DNA from: Halocafeteria seosinensis
Taxonomy: Eukaryota
Length of the DNA stretch: 27,601 nt
NCBI GenBank assembly: GCA_001687465.1
Contig: LVLI01000242.1
Span: 62,001-89,601 of the forward strand
Direction: 5' to 3'
Made by a program: the position numbers and the translations under genes. Shown one piece after another: positions 1 to 13,968 of the stretch (position 1 is the first letter of the stretch; every line of letters begins with the position of its first letter). The notes under the pieces are model-generated. The model had not been told where the DNA came from. It made no database searches and saw only the letters and a program-made list of their open reading frames with translations.

Positions 1-376
1 CTCAGCGCCCTGTAAAATCCTAGCACATACGTTGCAAGAAAATGAAAAATACGCTTCCATGAGAGCGGTTGTGTGTTAACTGGTAACTGCAGTACCGCGG
101 TAAGTAGCTCGTGGAACTCGAGCTGGGAGAGTAACTCGCGGTAACAAAAGCAAGCGAGACTGGATTAGTATAACCGTTAATTACAATCGACTAACGTACA
201 ATGTACCCAAGATACATCGATTCCACACACACACTGTACAAGACAACTACACTTGTGGCCACGATTCCTCGTCGAACTGGCTAACTGGTCGAAAAGATTG
301 TTGCATTGGGCGTAAACGCGCAGCATTTGGAGTCTGTCTGGAAGGGTTGTCAACAGCATACGCTCCCAAAACCACA

Positions 377-3300
377 ATGGCACAGTCGGCGCAAAATGGA
401 GCGCCGCCACCGGCGGCGGCGGTGGAGCAGCCGTCGGCGGATGAACTCCCGTATATGCCCATGGAGAAGATCTTGGAAGAGGGGCAAGATCTGGGAAATA
501 GCACCCAACAATTCAAACGGGTTTTTCTGGAAGTGGTTCTGCGGCAGTACGTCATATTGAGAGGTTCTGCTCTTGTCTGCATCTTATTGGATCCATTGAT
601 GCAGGAAAAAAGGCATGGGGAGCAGTGACAAAGAGAGCCAAGGAGGACCGTACTCGGACCCTGCCAAGACCCGGGAGGAATTTGTCCGTAGAGATTTCCT
701 GAGGGTACGTGTTAAAACAAAACTGTGTGGATGTGATGTGCTTACTCTTCCCCATGGAATGGCAGATCCTGGATCGAACATTTGGAGAACGATGCTTTTC
801 CGAATTCCCTCATCCAGGCTGGATGACCGCCGGAGAAAACATACATACTGCCCAATTCCAAGATGTACGTATTCGTCACTTCGCTGCTTCCTCGTGCGAT
901 GAAGGAAAAGCATGTTTCGGTCTCAACAACTTGACGCAGTGGTACGACCAAAATTTGTTAGTGAAGAGAGGAGTCTCCAAAGACGAGGACAGTCGTGCAG
1001 AAGCATCGCTTCGTCTGCATCGGTTATACACAATGCATACAGATGAACATGAAGAGTCTTTGTTCAACATCGTGAAAGTGTCCACTGAATGGTACCCATT
1101 CCCCGAAAAATGGCTTCCTACGCCAAGTCAATTGGACGTTTACAATGGCAAAATTGATTCCCAATCCCTCATCGGCCAGTTACTTGTGAAACGGCGAACT
1201 TCTAACCTCAACGAGATTACGATCTCAATGAGCAAGTGGTTCCGTGGCAGCAAACATGGGAATTTTCCTTGCTTACGGGATCGAACATTTCAGAAAGCAA
1301 TTTTAGCGCCACCGGAATACATAATCGTTCTCTACTTTTTGCATTTCCCTCTCTCTGCTGCTTCCCAAAGATATGTAACTCCCGCGTCGGTACTAGGAGT
1401 TCCTCCAGATCTGGACCAGCCCCTCTGTTACTCTGCTGTAGAATACCTCGGAGATATTAGCTCCTACTGTCACATCGTTGCAGATCACGTGGAGTCGCTT
1501 CTCCAACATCCCTCGGAGAAATATCTGAAAGAACACCCACCGAGAGCTCTGGAAGAGGCACTAAAGCAGGCGCTCAACGCTAGCGAGATGACGACAGATA
1601 AGGCAATCTCTGGATTCTACCTGAGGGGTGTCATCGAGTACTGGTTGTCCAGTGAAGTCGCATCCGTTTCGGAAAGATCGGGTCAGCGTAATTCTCTTCC
1701 TCGTCTGCTATTAAGGAGTATAGCCGTACTGCTAAATTATATTTGTTCAGAATCCAGTCTATACCGAGCCGTATCCATGAGCTGTTTAGCTACTCAAGCG
1801 CTGATGTTGGAGAAAGGTACAGCTATACGGGGCAAAATGGTCGTGCCAGTATCTCTGGGAACAAGCCAACCGCCCACAAGGAGCCCTTACAGTGAAGACG
1901 TCCATGGATTCGACTACCGCCAGGATACCTCGTTGACAAATGAAGAACTGCTGACCATGGTACCGTCATTGACAGCAGTCTCCCGTTCATTGCATCGGCC
2001 CCTATACGACTTTCTGCATTCCCATTTGACAAATCATCCGGTGGAGAGGTTTCCTCACGGACAGTTTTGCGAACTGATAGACACCTGGCTTCTTTGTCTC
2101 ACTCCATGGAGAGCAAGCGCTCGCCAGACCTCAAAGAAGCATATCCGTGCTCCGGATCGGAATGCCGCCTTCAAATACTGTCAGCGATGGCGAGGTTGTC
2201 TATCGTTGAGCACAGTGGATATACAAAGACTAGCAGGTGAAAGTTCTGTTATCCACGATTTCGTTGCTGCTACTACCGCAGCTGTGTCGAGCATAGTGGG
2301 TACCAATAGTAAACCAGTCGCCACTGGCACGAAAGACTTCTCCGGGACGGCCATGGAAGGAGCCACAATACCTTGGGCTGATTCAGTTGGTTATTGTGTA
2401 GGTGACTTCTCCCAGAAGTCTAGCGCAACTGTGAAAAAGCTGTATCATGATAACTGGAAAGGATGGGTGCTAAGAAACTATTGCTACTACACAGAATTGT
2501 TACGATGCTTCTTGGAGAGGGCCAACAAGCTAGACGTGTCGCCTCCTTCTATTGTTGAGGCGGAGACCATGGACTCCAACAATCCTAGTCTAATCACACT
2601 AAACCTATTCGAACGAACACTCGACGTTTTCGAACCCGTGGTCGTCGAAGCGTTGAAAGAAGTGGGTCTTATCATCACATTTCATCACTATCGGAAACAA
2701 GAGAATCTCAATCATGCCGAAAAAGAGTTGTGTGCATGGGCTGAAAATGCAATTTTGCGACTGGGCCAAGAGAAGATTGCCGCAATTGAGACTGGCATTG
2801 CACAACACCAGCATCTGATGATGGTACCATCCATCTCAATTCGCATATGCAATCATGGCGTAGATACGGAGGAAATTGCTCGGCAAGTGGTGGAAGTGGG
2901 GAGCCAGGCCGCGTACTCCGAAGATGCAACCGTTTCTCTCTATCTTAACGCGGGAAAAGTCATTCAGCAACTTGTTCGGGCCGCTGTTCAGATACAGCAC
3001 GAACTGAAATTATCTAGAAAACCGTTTTCATCCATTCACTGGACTGAAATAGGCAAATATGTAGAAGCCTGGATGGAAGACATAGGAGAACGCTTGCCGG
3101 CATCTATGGCCCATTTGACTGAAAGTCATCCATATCGTGTCTTACTACACCGATATCAGTTTTGTGCTGGACGACTGGCGTCGATATTTGGATTGGAGAA
3201 GGTTATCGAACTCGAAGTATCCAAAGCTGAGGCTGATCACATGCGCGATTTGCATGCTGCTTCCACAAAGGAAACGCCTGGGCGAAGCCCAGTGGCTAAG

Positions 3301-3945
3301 GAAGCTAGCTTTTCATTTCAGACTCCAATGCGCAAGCCTTTGAGTGTTTCAGGAGGGGATAAGGGGACGTCTAGAGGCCAAATGAGTGCATCGGTGCTAT
3401 CCGAAGAAGGAAGAAAACAGATTCTCTCTGGACGTAGGAAGTGCGAAGCGCGAGACGTGACATTTATCGGCCACCGTTCACATATGCCGCGAATGAGTCA
3501 TGAGTCCGAGACTTTACTCCGTTGGACGCAGCGCTTTTCGAACTCGCTCGTTCGAAGTCTGTGGGCATTACAAGGAACCTCTTTCGAGGATGGCTCCTTG
3601 GACTGCTCCGCTCAGGGAAACGGAAGGATACTGGAATGGCTTGAAATAGATAAAAGGGCGGCTCAGTTTCAGGGTAACATACAGGTCACTCCTACAGGAG
3701 TCTATGGGCAGCCTTACGCTGACGAACCGACAGAAAAGGAAGCTGGGCATACCAGCTTTTCGCGGAGTTGCGCAGAACGCATGCTGCACCTTCCTCCGAA
3801 CTATTTCCGTATATTTGCTGATATTCGCTACTTCTTGGTATTTTTCGTTCTATTGTTATCCGCTGGGTGTACCTTGTTAGGTTTACGGTCCACAGTATTC
3901 TTTTTAGGCCTGCTTACGATCTTAGTGTGTATCTATGCCCGATAA
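377..3945 (+). CDS. SMPD4: Sphingomyelin phosphodiesterase 4 (nSMase3/SMPD4)-like protein with C-terminal membrane anchor; exons 377-546, 605-704, 766-3945
   Basis: Two GTACGT...CAG introns (547-604, 705-765) join ORFs 347..628, 615..902 and 709..3945 in frame. Motifs resembling SMPD4: LIDTWLLCLTPWR, WKGWVLRNYCYYTELLRCFLERA, LSEEGRKQILSGRRKC...SHESETLLRW. Hydrophobic C-terminal tail. Confidence 0.7.
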
Positions 3946-4113
3946 ACACGACAAAGGGCAGACCTACACAAACTTCCGCTCCCTCCATGTGTCGGTGTAC
4001 ACCTTCTCCTACTTAGGCTGTACGCCGTGATAGCAAACTACCTCGGAACACCGAGGGTTACTAATATTTACATTGATAGCTTGTACAGAGTTCCCTGGCC
4101 TAGCTTTTTATCC

Positions 4114-5425
4114 CTAAATTTCGAAAAGAACAAGGGACAGAGCCATAACTGCCATTCCAAACATAACAAAGGCAGTAGAATATTTCTTGTGGGTATCGTA
4201 CTCCCTTGATGTAGGGATTAACTCTCCAAAACTGATTTGAATCATCATACCAGCCACGACACCGAAGATAATTCCGAATGCAATATCGGTCATGTTCTGA
4301 CGAAGGATCAGCCAGCCAATAAGCGCCCCAACCGGTTCCGTTATACCGGAGAAAAATGCCCACCAGAACGCTTTGCATTTACTGCCGGTGGCGTAGTATA
4401 TGGGCACGGCAACACATATTCCTTCAGGTACATTGTGAATCCCTATAGAAACTGCACGAGGGGTAAGCAAACCAATGCCTTTTACTTGACTGCACTGCGC
4501 CAATCCCCTGTGTTTCTCCCCGTCTTACCTGCTAATGCGCCCCCAACTTTGGGGTCATCGAGAGTGGCGACAAACGTGGCGAGGCCTTCGGGAAAATTGT
4601 GAAGCGCAATAGCCAAAGCTGTACCCGGTTTTGCCGAAGAAAATCACCCGTCGATAACGGAGTTAGACAAGGACCTAGCTGTATCTACTTACCTGTAAGC
4701 AGGCCCACTTTACCAAGAGCCTTCGCTTCATCTTTGTGTAGTAGAGCACTACCAGGAGTTTTCTGGTTCTTCTCTTCTGATTCTGACGAGATCCTGTCGT
4801 CCTCGTCTTCCTCAATGCAAACGCCCACTTCTTTGCTTTGTGCTGTGTCAATGTCACCATTATCCGCCCGATTCGTCGGTTTCTGCTCACATGGTTCCCT
4901 TTTGTATTCCGGTTTCCGAAGCACTTTAGGGGTCGGATTTTCCACATCTTCAGATTCGTAATCTCGCGAAGTTTCTCCGCCACTTGTGGTCTTTTCTTGT
5001 TCGACATTTTGAGCATCCTGCACTTCTTCGACTCGAGGATGTTGAAGTGCCGATTCCAAAGTCAGCGTTTCCGGGATATTGACGGAGGAGTTCCCCTCTT
5101 TCTGCTGCAGCCAGTGGGCAGCCATCCCCAAGAGATACACGGTAAGGATGCCCACAAACAATGATAAGGTCCCATATCCCGATACGGCCGCTGGAGGGAG
5201 CCCTGCATCCTCAAAACTTGTGAAGCTTTTGCCTAGAATCTCCACAAACGAGACGTATATCATTACCCCCGCGCTGAATGCCAATGAAATAGATAGCACT
5301 TTGTCCGAAGCCCAATATACCAGGGAGGGAATGAACACGACCATACCGCCTAAGGCAGCGCACATCCCAGCGGCCACCACCAACACGAACCCTATCTCCA
5401 CATTCTCCTCATTCTCAGGACTCAT
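4114..5425 (-). CDS. ZIP-family (ZupT/GufA-type) zinc/metal transporter; exons 5425-4693, 4618-4529, 4451-4114
   Basis: Spliced product contains [56 protein letters not shown] and [19 protein letters not shown] introns at 4692-4619 and 4528-4452 keep the frame. Long acidic cytoplasmic loop. Confidence 0.92.
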
Positions 5426-5744
5426 TGCCCCAAACCTAGGCTGCTACAAACTACACATTCCCTAGTGGGTAAAGCAAGCAAGTTTACGCCGCTTGCAGAG
5501 ATTAAAAGAGATGTGCTGCACGACAATCCCAAATATTCCGGATAAACTGATGATTTCAACTTGTATCAAAAGCAACACGAGACACAATGTTCAGCACATG
5601 CATCATGTTTCCTTTCCCAACTTCATCGTTTTCATACATCATGTATGCAGTGTTTATTGGTTGGTTGAGACGCGGATAGCGCTCAATTTAAGAGTGCTGG
5701 CCTCCAGGTAAGTACAACTAGTTGTTACCAACAGGTGAGACCAT

Positions 5745-6526
5745 TCAGGGCAGTTTCTGCAACTGCTGAAATATTTGCTTGAACATCTTTGGTTCGAGGT
5801 ACATGTTTGGATATTCAGGCATGTATGTGAAAAACCATTTCGCCGAATAGCTAATAAAGACTGCCAAGGTAGCGGTGCCAACAAATCCAATGAAGCCTGC
5901 TCGAAACGCACCAAGTGGAGTGCTGAATGGCTTATCGTTCCAGTTTCTCATCACCACAAGGACAGGGAAGATCATGTATGGGACATAAACACCCAAAAAC
6001 ATAGCGATGTCAGTATCTTCGCGGTGGCCGTAGAAGGTCGAGAAGATACAGAGAACCAACGAGTAGAAGGTAAAGCTACTGACAATAATGCTCCAATTCC
6101 GGAGGCAGTTCATCCCAACCAGATATCCGACAATAGCAATGAGGGAAAAGGGTGCCAACACGAGTAAGTTGACCCACTCCATGGCTTGCCACCACAACGG
6201 GTTCTCCAGCAACAGAGGATCCAAAGTCTCAGCCCACTGCAGCACACGTGTGAATGAGAAAGCTAGAATGCACGCATGCTCACATACTTCCTTACCTTGA
6301 AATATATCTCCGTAAGAACTTTCGGAGGGTACGGTAAATCCATCTCTTTGAGCGCAGTCAAGGGTACCCCGAAATACGACGCGATGAAGTTGTGGAGGTC
6401 CGTAAACGTCACCGTGAACAAGAAAGTAATCCACCACACCACAAACAGGAGGTCCACACTGCGCTCGAAGATGCTAAGGGAGCCTCCTCCGGCGCCACTT
6501 CCACTCTTATTGCCCTTCTTACTCAT
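5745..6526 (-). CDS. EXPERA-domain (TMEM97/sigma-2 receptor/EBP-like) multi-pass membrane protein; exons 6526-6296, 6236-5745
   Basis: Intron 6295-6237 (GTAAGG...CTGCAG) joins ORFs 6263..6526 and 5745..6437. Pattern DLLF...D...YPP...WAETLDPLLLENPLWW...E...PF...YVPYMIFP across several TM helices. Confidence 0.72.
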
Positions 6527-6998
6527 GATAATGCTCCAAAATGTCCCAATGACTCAACAGGTTCCTTCTCAATCAAGTCTTCTTTTCGCTAGCAAAGAGG
6601 ATCTCTACCGGCAACAGAGTCAGATAAAAGGCGTTGTTCGGTCAACCAACCAACCTTTTTCTTCACTATATGTATCTGTGGGACATGGTAAAGCTCATAT
6701 TACTTCCAAAAGGAAGCGTCCCGTCCGGGCGCTCGGCCCGGTTGCTTCGCGTGGTCATTGAAAGCTGGACAAGAGCAATCGGCATCCCGAAAACGGCGAT
6801 TGGCAGAGTTATCCTTTCCACAAGAGAGGTTGTAGTAGGTGGATTGTGGAATAGCAAAGACTGTGGAAATTGCTTTATGGTGAGCGCGTCGAGCCATTCT
6901 TTTTGTAGTTTTTCTATACCCTCTGGCAAAGAGAGCCCGGATTCCCTCCTTGTGGTATTGGTGGCTCTACGGACCATTTTCCTTGCTTATATACATGG

Positions 6999-9900
6999 AT
7001 GCAACAAAATACCCCCATTTCGGAGCGTACAGGGACCCGGAAGATCATGGAGAGTGCAAATAACCACCGACATATGTCCCAAAAAGAGCCCGCGGCCTCC
7101 TCAAGGGCTGACCAGGAAGGAGATATTGAGGCTATTCCAGGCATACAAGCTCCTTCTGGTCCCACAGAGGAAGCTGGAGTGGCTGCAGCAGCAGCTGTAA
7201 CCAGCCCTGAAGAATGCCTGCAAGAACAGAATGTGGCGCAGAACATGGGACTCAGTTTCCGGGAGGTGGAACGTAGACGACAGGAGGCGGGACGAAATGA
7301 ATTCGAAGAAGATGAAGTCGAACCAATGAGCCAGAAGTTTCTAGAGCAATTCAAAGACCCAATGGTACGTTTCTGATTAATGCAGACTGTTAGAGGAGTT
7401 TTCTTCTGGTTTTGATTTATCATGTGTCTTCATGCAGATCTCCCTCTTGCTAGTCTCGGCTGGTATTTCAGTGCTAATGGGGCAATGGGACGATGCTTTC
7501 AGTATAACGCTGGTACGTGGCAATCCCAGATAGCATACGTCGTTTCTGAAATCAAAATGAAGAGATATGTTGGAATAACTGCAGGCCATCGTGTTAGTTA
7601 GTACCGTCGCGGTCGTTCAGGAATACAAGAGTGACCAGACGCTTGCTGCTTTGGGCCAGTTGGCTCCGCCAAAGTGCATTGTTCGACGAGAGGGTCGAGT
7701 GGAACAAGTCGTTGCTGGAGACTTGGTCCCTGGAGATATCGTTCTACTGAGAGTGGGAGACCGGGTACCCGCTGATCTCAGGCTTCTTGACTGCTTCCAC
7801 TTGACAGTGGATGAGTCATCTCTCACCGGCGAACCAGAACCTGCCGAAAAACATAGCCGAACACTGCCAAAGCAGAACGGCGGTCACTCTCTCGCTGATC
7901 GGTCGAATATTGCGTACATGGGTACATTGGTATGTAACAACGGAGATGTATGTTTGTGTTTTGCTTCCTCACACGGCGCTTCTGCCCTTACAGATCCGAA
8001 CCGGTAGAGGGGAAGGTATAGCTATGGGAACGGCACATTGTACCGAGCTGGGGCGTATGTATGATATTGTGAGCAAAGAAAAAAATCGGAAGAGCCCACT
8101 TCAGATTAGAATGGATGCTTTGGGCAAGCAGTTGTCGACAGTCAGTATTGTACTCATTGTCCTCATCGTGCTTATCGGCGCTTTCCAGAAACGGGATTTG
8201 CTAAAGATGTTCACGATTGGGGTGTCTCTCGCCGTTGCTGCCATTCCTGAAGGATTGCCAATTGTTGTCACAGTAACACTTGCCTTGGGTGTACAGAGAA
8301 TGGCTGCGCGGAAGGCGGTCGTTAAAAAACTTACTGCGGTGGAAACACTAGGTTGCGCCAATGTCGTCTGTGCTGATAAGACAGGGACGCTCACAAAAAA
8401 TGAGATGACCGCTGTGGAAGTTTACACTGTAGGGTCGACCTCCACCAAGAGAAAACAAAAACCTGAAGCACGCGGGAATACGATCACACTTACCGGTCTT
8501 GGTTACAATGTTGATGGAGGGACAGCCCAAATGGACGACCTGATTATAGATACAAGTACGCACCCAAGTGCATGTATACCATTTGAAATTGGTGCTGTCT
8601 GTAATGATGCTCAACTCGCCGGGGGTGGTGCTGATGAATTCTATGAAACGGAAGACTCTGTTGATTACAACCCTAGTAAACGATCTGACACTCAATGTGC
8701 TTTAGTATCAGGCCAACCCACTGAAGCTGCATTACTTGTTGCAGCGAGGAAAGTCGGACTTCCTCAGATACGTAATCAGTATCAGAGAACTCTTGAAATC
8801 CCCTTTTCGCATGAAAGGAAGTGGATGGCTGTGCGAGTGCGACCAAGATCTGCCGCTGTCCATTCCCATTCGCAAGATTTAGAACCCTATCCTATCTCCC
8901 CTGTCCTGTCATTGAACCTCTATGGGGCACTTGTCCCACACGAGTCTGACAGTCACTCGAAATCGCTGCTACGTTCTACAGTAGACTACCTCAGCAATGT
9001 TGGCCACTCGGACGAAGAACGTGAAAACGGCATTGCGGTTGCAGAAGGCAGCGCACAAACAGGCTGGGGTGCTGTTGAAGGAGAGATATATTTCCTGAAA
9101 GGATCTCTGGAAGGTTTATTGCCGCTTTGCACCAGCTTCGTCAATCAAGAATGCTCAAACCCCTCAGCATCTGGCTCTAACTTTGTTGTTCAAATGAGCC
9201 CAGAGCACCGTCAAAAGATATTAAGTAACGGAAAGCGAATGGCTCGTGAAGGGCTCCGTGTCCTTGCTTTAGCCGTAGGCCGGAAAATCCCCTCAGTTCC
9301 AACGGAGGACGGAGGCTCTGCAGCCGACGAACGTTCAGCGACGGAGCCTATTGTCCAAGACAACGATGGTTTGGTTTTTGCAGGTCTAATCGGTTTACAT
9401 GATCCCCCGAGAGAAGGAGTGAAGAAGTCAATCGCGGTGCTGCAGCAGAGTGGGGTTCGTATAGCAATGATTACTGGAGATAGCCAGGAGACGGCTGTTG
9501 CCGTCGCAACACACCTGGGGTTAACGAGCGACGGCCGTAACCATCCGGACTGGATAGAAGAGGAATCCAGCGTGAAGACTGGAGGGAAAGCCCGAGATCG
9601 TGCTGATTCCAGCATGCACCAGTGGCTCTCTGAGGCCGAGGTAGATGTAGAATCTATAGGAAAGCGGGGGGCTACAATTAGTGGACGAGAAATTGACACT
9701 CTGACGGAGCAGCAGCTCGCTGATAGGTTGCACCAGGTTTGCGTGTTTTATCGCACCACCCCCGGTCACAAAATGAAGATCGTGAAAGCTTACCAGTCGC
9801 GACAAGACGTGGTAGCTATGACAGGAGACGGTGTAAATGATGCTGCTGCGCTTAAGGCGGCTGATATTGGTGTTTCCATGGGTGAAGCTGGGACCGAAGT

Positions 9901-10992
9901 TGCGAAGCAGGCCTCAGATGTCGTGCTCCTGGATGACAATTTTGCTACCATTCTGACTGCTGTTGAGGAAGGAAAAGGGATCTTCTACAACATCCGCAAC
10001 TTTGTGCGCTTCCAGCTATCAACCTCAGTTGCTGCATTGGCGTTAGTGGCCTTTGCGACTGCCTTCGGCTACCCCAATCCGCTGAACGCTATGCAGATAT
10101 TGTGGATCAATATCATCATGGATGGTCCTCCAGCCCAGTCCTTGGGCGTAGAGCCGGTGAGCCGAGATGTAATGCAACTCCCGCCCCGTAAACGTGATGA
10201 AAGTATCATCAGCCTTCACCTTCTCTGCCGGGTCATTGTATCAGGTTTAATTGTTGTGTTTGGGACGTTGTATGTATTTTTTAAAGAAATTGGTGACTCT
10301 GAAGTGGTATCAGCTAGGACGACAACCTTAACTTTCACGGCGTTCGTGCTCTACGACATGTTCAATGCCTTGTCTTGTAGAAGCGTCGATAAGAGCGTTT
10401 TCGAACTAGGTGAGTATCTTGAATCGAGACATTTTTTCTTCTTGTGTTTATCATTAATCATGCACTGTTCAATTCGTTTTGCGTTTCTGTCACAGGAATG
10501 TTTTCAAATCGCTTCTTCATGTGGGCTGTTGGTGGGTCACTTGCTGGACAGATAGCTGTCGTGTATTTCCCACCGCTTCAGGCTATATTCCAAACAGAGG
10601 CGCTTTCGTTGAACGACTGGGTGTATCTGATCTCTGTGTCCTCCTCTATTTTAGTGTATGAAGAACTGTTTAAGTTAATAGCGGCGAAGTACATTGAACA
10701 ACCGGATGTAGAAGGGGCTGACGGTTGCTCCGTTGGAGACCGACCTACAGCCCGAGCTTATGAGACGTCCGTTTCTGTCAACATTGGTGTCCTCAGTAGA
10801 TTTGTGTCATCTTTGAAAAGAATGCTTCCTCGGTTCGCTCCTTCTAAAGATGAAGCGAAAGGAAAACCTCGCGAAAGGGTACCAAGTGGCGGTGGTGATG
10901 ATGGACACGCGGTTACGCTGTCGAGCTCGCAAAGGATGAGGTCATTTTACCAACCATTAGCACGCAAGACAGATGAGGAAGACAACGTTTGA
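6999..10992 (+). CDS. PMR1: Secretory-pathway Ca2+/Mn2+ P-type ATPase (P2A, SPCA/PMR1 type); exons ~6999-7364, 7438-7512, 7585-7929, 7994-10409, 10496-10992 (start may instead be ATG 7047 or 7074)
   Basis: Motifs DESSLTGE, AAIPEGLP, DKTGTLT, DPPREGV, MITGD, TGDGVND and the SPCA-typical NPLNAMQILWINIIMDGPPAQSLGVEP. Four in-frame GT-AG introns. Confidence 0.93.
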
Positions 10993-11058
10993 TAGCAAAG
11001 TCATATACTAACGTTTTAGTCGCTATTAGTGAGAAGGTTATGATCCAATCCCAATTTC

Positions 11059-12987
11059 TTAGCTATGCTGAATCATCGATTCTCTGCCAGGACCGACACC
11101 GATCCAGGAAACCCTACAACCAACTATTTCCTCAATGCGCTGAATATAGTTTCTGGCATTTTCTGGAAGCTCATCGTATGACGTACATGCTTTTGTAGGT
11201 TGTCTCCAACCCGGCAGGGCTGCAGATACACGAGCATTTCAGATCGATGGATTTAAGGTCCGTAAAACAGATACTTTCCTTACTTTCATAGATTACTTCG
11301 ACCTTGGCTAAGTCCTCAATCGTCGATGGCATAGCTCCTGGGCCGAGTGTGACTCCATCAATGGTATACGCAACGCCTGAGCAGAACCAACGCTTTGTTT
11401 GTTGGGGAGGGGAAAAACCACAGGGAGTTTACACATTTACCTATTCTAACGTAATCGAGATAATCCAGTACATCCAATTTTGTTAGATTAATCCCGCTGT
11501 ATCCATTTATCAGATGCCCGTATTTTAGTACGACAGCATCCAACCACCCGCACCGGCGTTTCCTCCCGGTCGTCACACCATATTCTTTGCCCTCATTTTG
11601 CATATATAAGCCGATTTCGGTCTCGTCAGCATTATCTGGACGGTCTCCATGTCCACGAGAATCCGTTAGTTCCGTAGGAAACGGTCCGCCTCCAACTCGA
11701 GTAGTATACGCTTTCGCAACTCCGACAACAGAATCAATTTTCCCGGGAGACCTGGCATAGTTACAGGGAAGGAAGAATATGCAGGGGGAAAATCAGCATG
11801 GAAATAAAAATGTCTGCAAAGCAACTTACAAACCTAGGCCAGTACAAACACCACCCACGGTAGTATTGCTGCTTGTAACGAAAGGGAAGGTACCAAAGTC
11901 AATATCAAGCATGGCAGCATTCGCTCCTTCCGCTATTATTCTCTTTCCTTTCCTGTTGCAAACAGACAAACAGGAGACAGGACTAATGAGAGGAGAGAGG
12001 GTAATCGCGTCTCTTCTGGAGATACATACTGGAAACTATCGTTCACCAAGGCTACACCATCAACTATCATATCCTGAGCTCGAGAAGCAAACGCATCGTA
12101 TTTATCTAGCACATCCTGTTCTTTGATATCCAACTGATAAAACTGCCTGTGGGACTCTATTAAAGATCGAAGAAGCGTTAAAAATTCGGTGCGATGGCGC
12201 ATATGTCCCACTCTGAGCCCATTTCGTAGCATCTGAGGAAAATATTTAGGGTGTGGAGACTTTTCGTCGCTGTCTGAGACCGTTTTCCGCTACGTACTTT
12301 GGTCGAGTAAGCAGGCCCTATTCCCTTCTTTGTAGTTCCAATAGACTTGTTTCCCGACGAGGAACGCTGACCTTCCATCACAGCATCCAGTTCCTGCATC
12401 GGAAACACAAATATTGCAGCAGGGTGCCGGCATGTACGGTCATGAGTTCCATTGCTACTGCGGTACCTTGTGGAAATCAAATAGCAACGGAGCCCTATCG
12501 CTGAGAAATAGTCTTCCCTTCCAGTCGACGCCGCCCTTGTCCAAATCGCCCAGTTCATCAAACAGGGCCTCCATATCCACCACGACCCCATTTCCCAGGA
12601 GATTCTTTGTATGGGGGTAGATGAGTCCACACGGCAGTAGGTGGAACGCGAACTTCTGGCCATTGGCAATGACCGTGTGACCCGCATTCGCTCCACCATT
12701 GAACCGACATATCAAATCGTATCTGCAGAAGCCATGAAATCCCCGGGTCTGTCCGTAATCACGCCTATCCATGGAGGGCCTTACTTCTCAGCCAGGACGT
12801 CTGCTAGTTTCCCCTTGCCTTCATCGCCCCACTGAGCTCCCAGTACAGCACATACACGCCCGTCGAGACCCGTGGTACTCCCTGTAGAGGCGGTGGAGGT
12901 CATTGAGCGCTTCCTGAACATGCACATGTCAAGGGAGGTGGGCATGGGCAAGAGCGCGCGGGCGCTCCTCGTTCTTCCTACGAGCAT
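11059..12987 (-). CDS. ADSS: Adenylosuccinate synthetase, about 8 exons
   Basis: Motifs [86 protein letters not shown] and terminal WIGVGPGRE. Seven short GT-AG introns, stop TAA at 11061-11059. Confidence 0.96.
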
Positions 12988-13968
12988 CTTCTTGTGTGTA
13001 TTGAAACGAATATTCCGTAAGGTACTTGTAATATATTCATCCTAGTGTATCGATTCATCCAACCAAATACACACTTATACAAGAGGATATACGTGCGGTA
13101 GTTGAGGTGAACTGCAGCCCCGCGTTCATTCAGCAGCAGCAGTCCTCGTACCACCTAATGAGGACAAGCAGATGCATGTATGAATTGAACACCAATTGTG
13201 AGTGAGCATCTACAATTTTAGAGCCATGGAATGCGATATCAATGCTTGACTAAGCAAGTCCTGGCGGAGGGATATGGGTCCCATACTCAGCATTCTGGTT
13301 GCGCGAGCACAAAATAAAACAACGAGCTCTCGTTACAGTCAATCCGATTCGTCGAATGTTGTGTTCATACCATATCGTATACAAACTGCTTCTTTATTCA
13401 GTTCCTCCCTCCTCCACCGCCCCCATCACCCAAGGATGCTTTCGTGGGACGGTTGACACACCGTCGTAGCCGTGGTTTCTTACCGCCCCTCAGAGCACGA
13501 GGGGCGGCCAGCCCTAGATATATACACATGTTGAGACTCTGTAGCATTGTCTGGCCGATACATGCACGACAGTGCTGTGTTGAGAGTAACCAAGACACGT
13601 GCTCTTCGAGCTTGAGAGACTGAAACAATCATACGGGACAAACCAACAAAGGTAAACTGAAGTGGGAAATTCCGGTATTTCCTTTCCTTTCTCTATTTAC
13701 ACGCTGTATTCCTTCTCCTCAACCATGTTTCCCCTTGATTTGTATGGGTGATAAACAAGAGCACCGGATAATAATTTTCCGCCGGTGGCTGAAGCGGGGG
13801 GAAAGATGTGTGAGTTCATGTCATGCAGAAAAAGGGCTTGGGAAATGACCATCACTCGGAAATCCATGGCTTTTTGTGGGCATTTATGTGTGCATACGCC
13901 AGAATCCTGAACAGAATCTTTATATATGCTCTCTGTATTGTATCTGTCACTGCTTATTGCAACTACAG

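Noticed and set aside
75..150. Short repeats (GTAACT, CGCGGTAA, AACTCG) upstream of the first gene
   Set aside because: Too short and irregular to support a call beyond possible promoter elements.
6666..6977. 103-aa minus-strand ORF between the EXPERA gene and the ATPase
   Set aside because: No recognisable motif. It fills the divergent promoter region of two real genes and is probably spurious, though this cannot be excluded without transcript data.
4114..10992. Functional metal-homeostasis cluster (ZIP transporter plus SPCA ATPase)
   Set aside because: Adjacency of housekeeping genes in a compact eukaryotic genome is not evidence of co-regulation.
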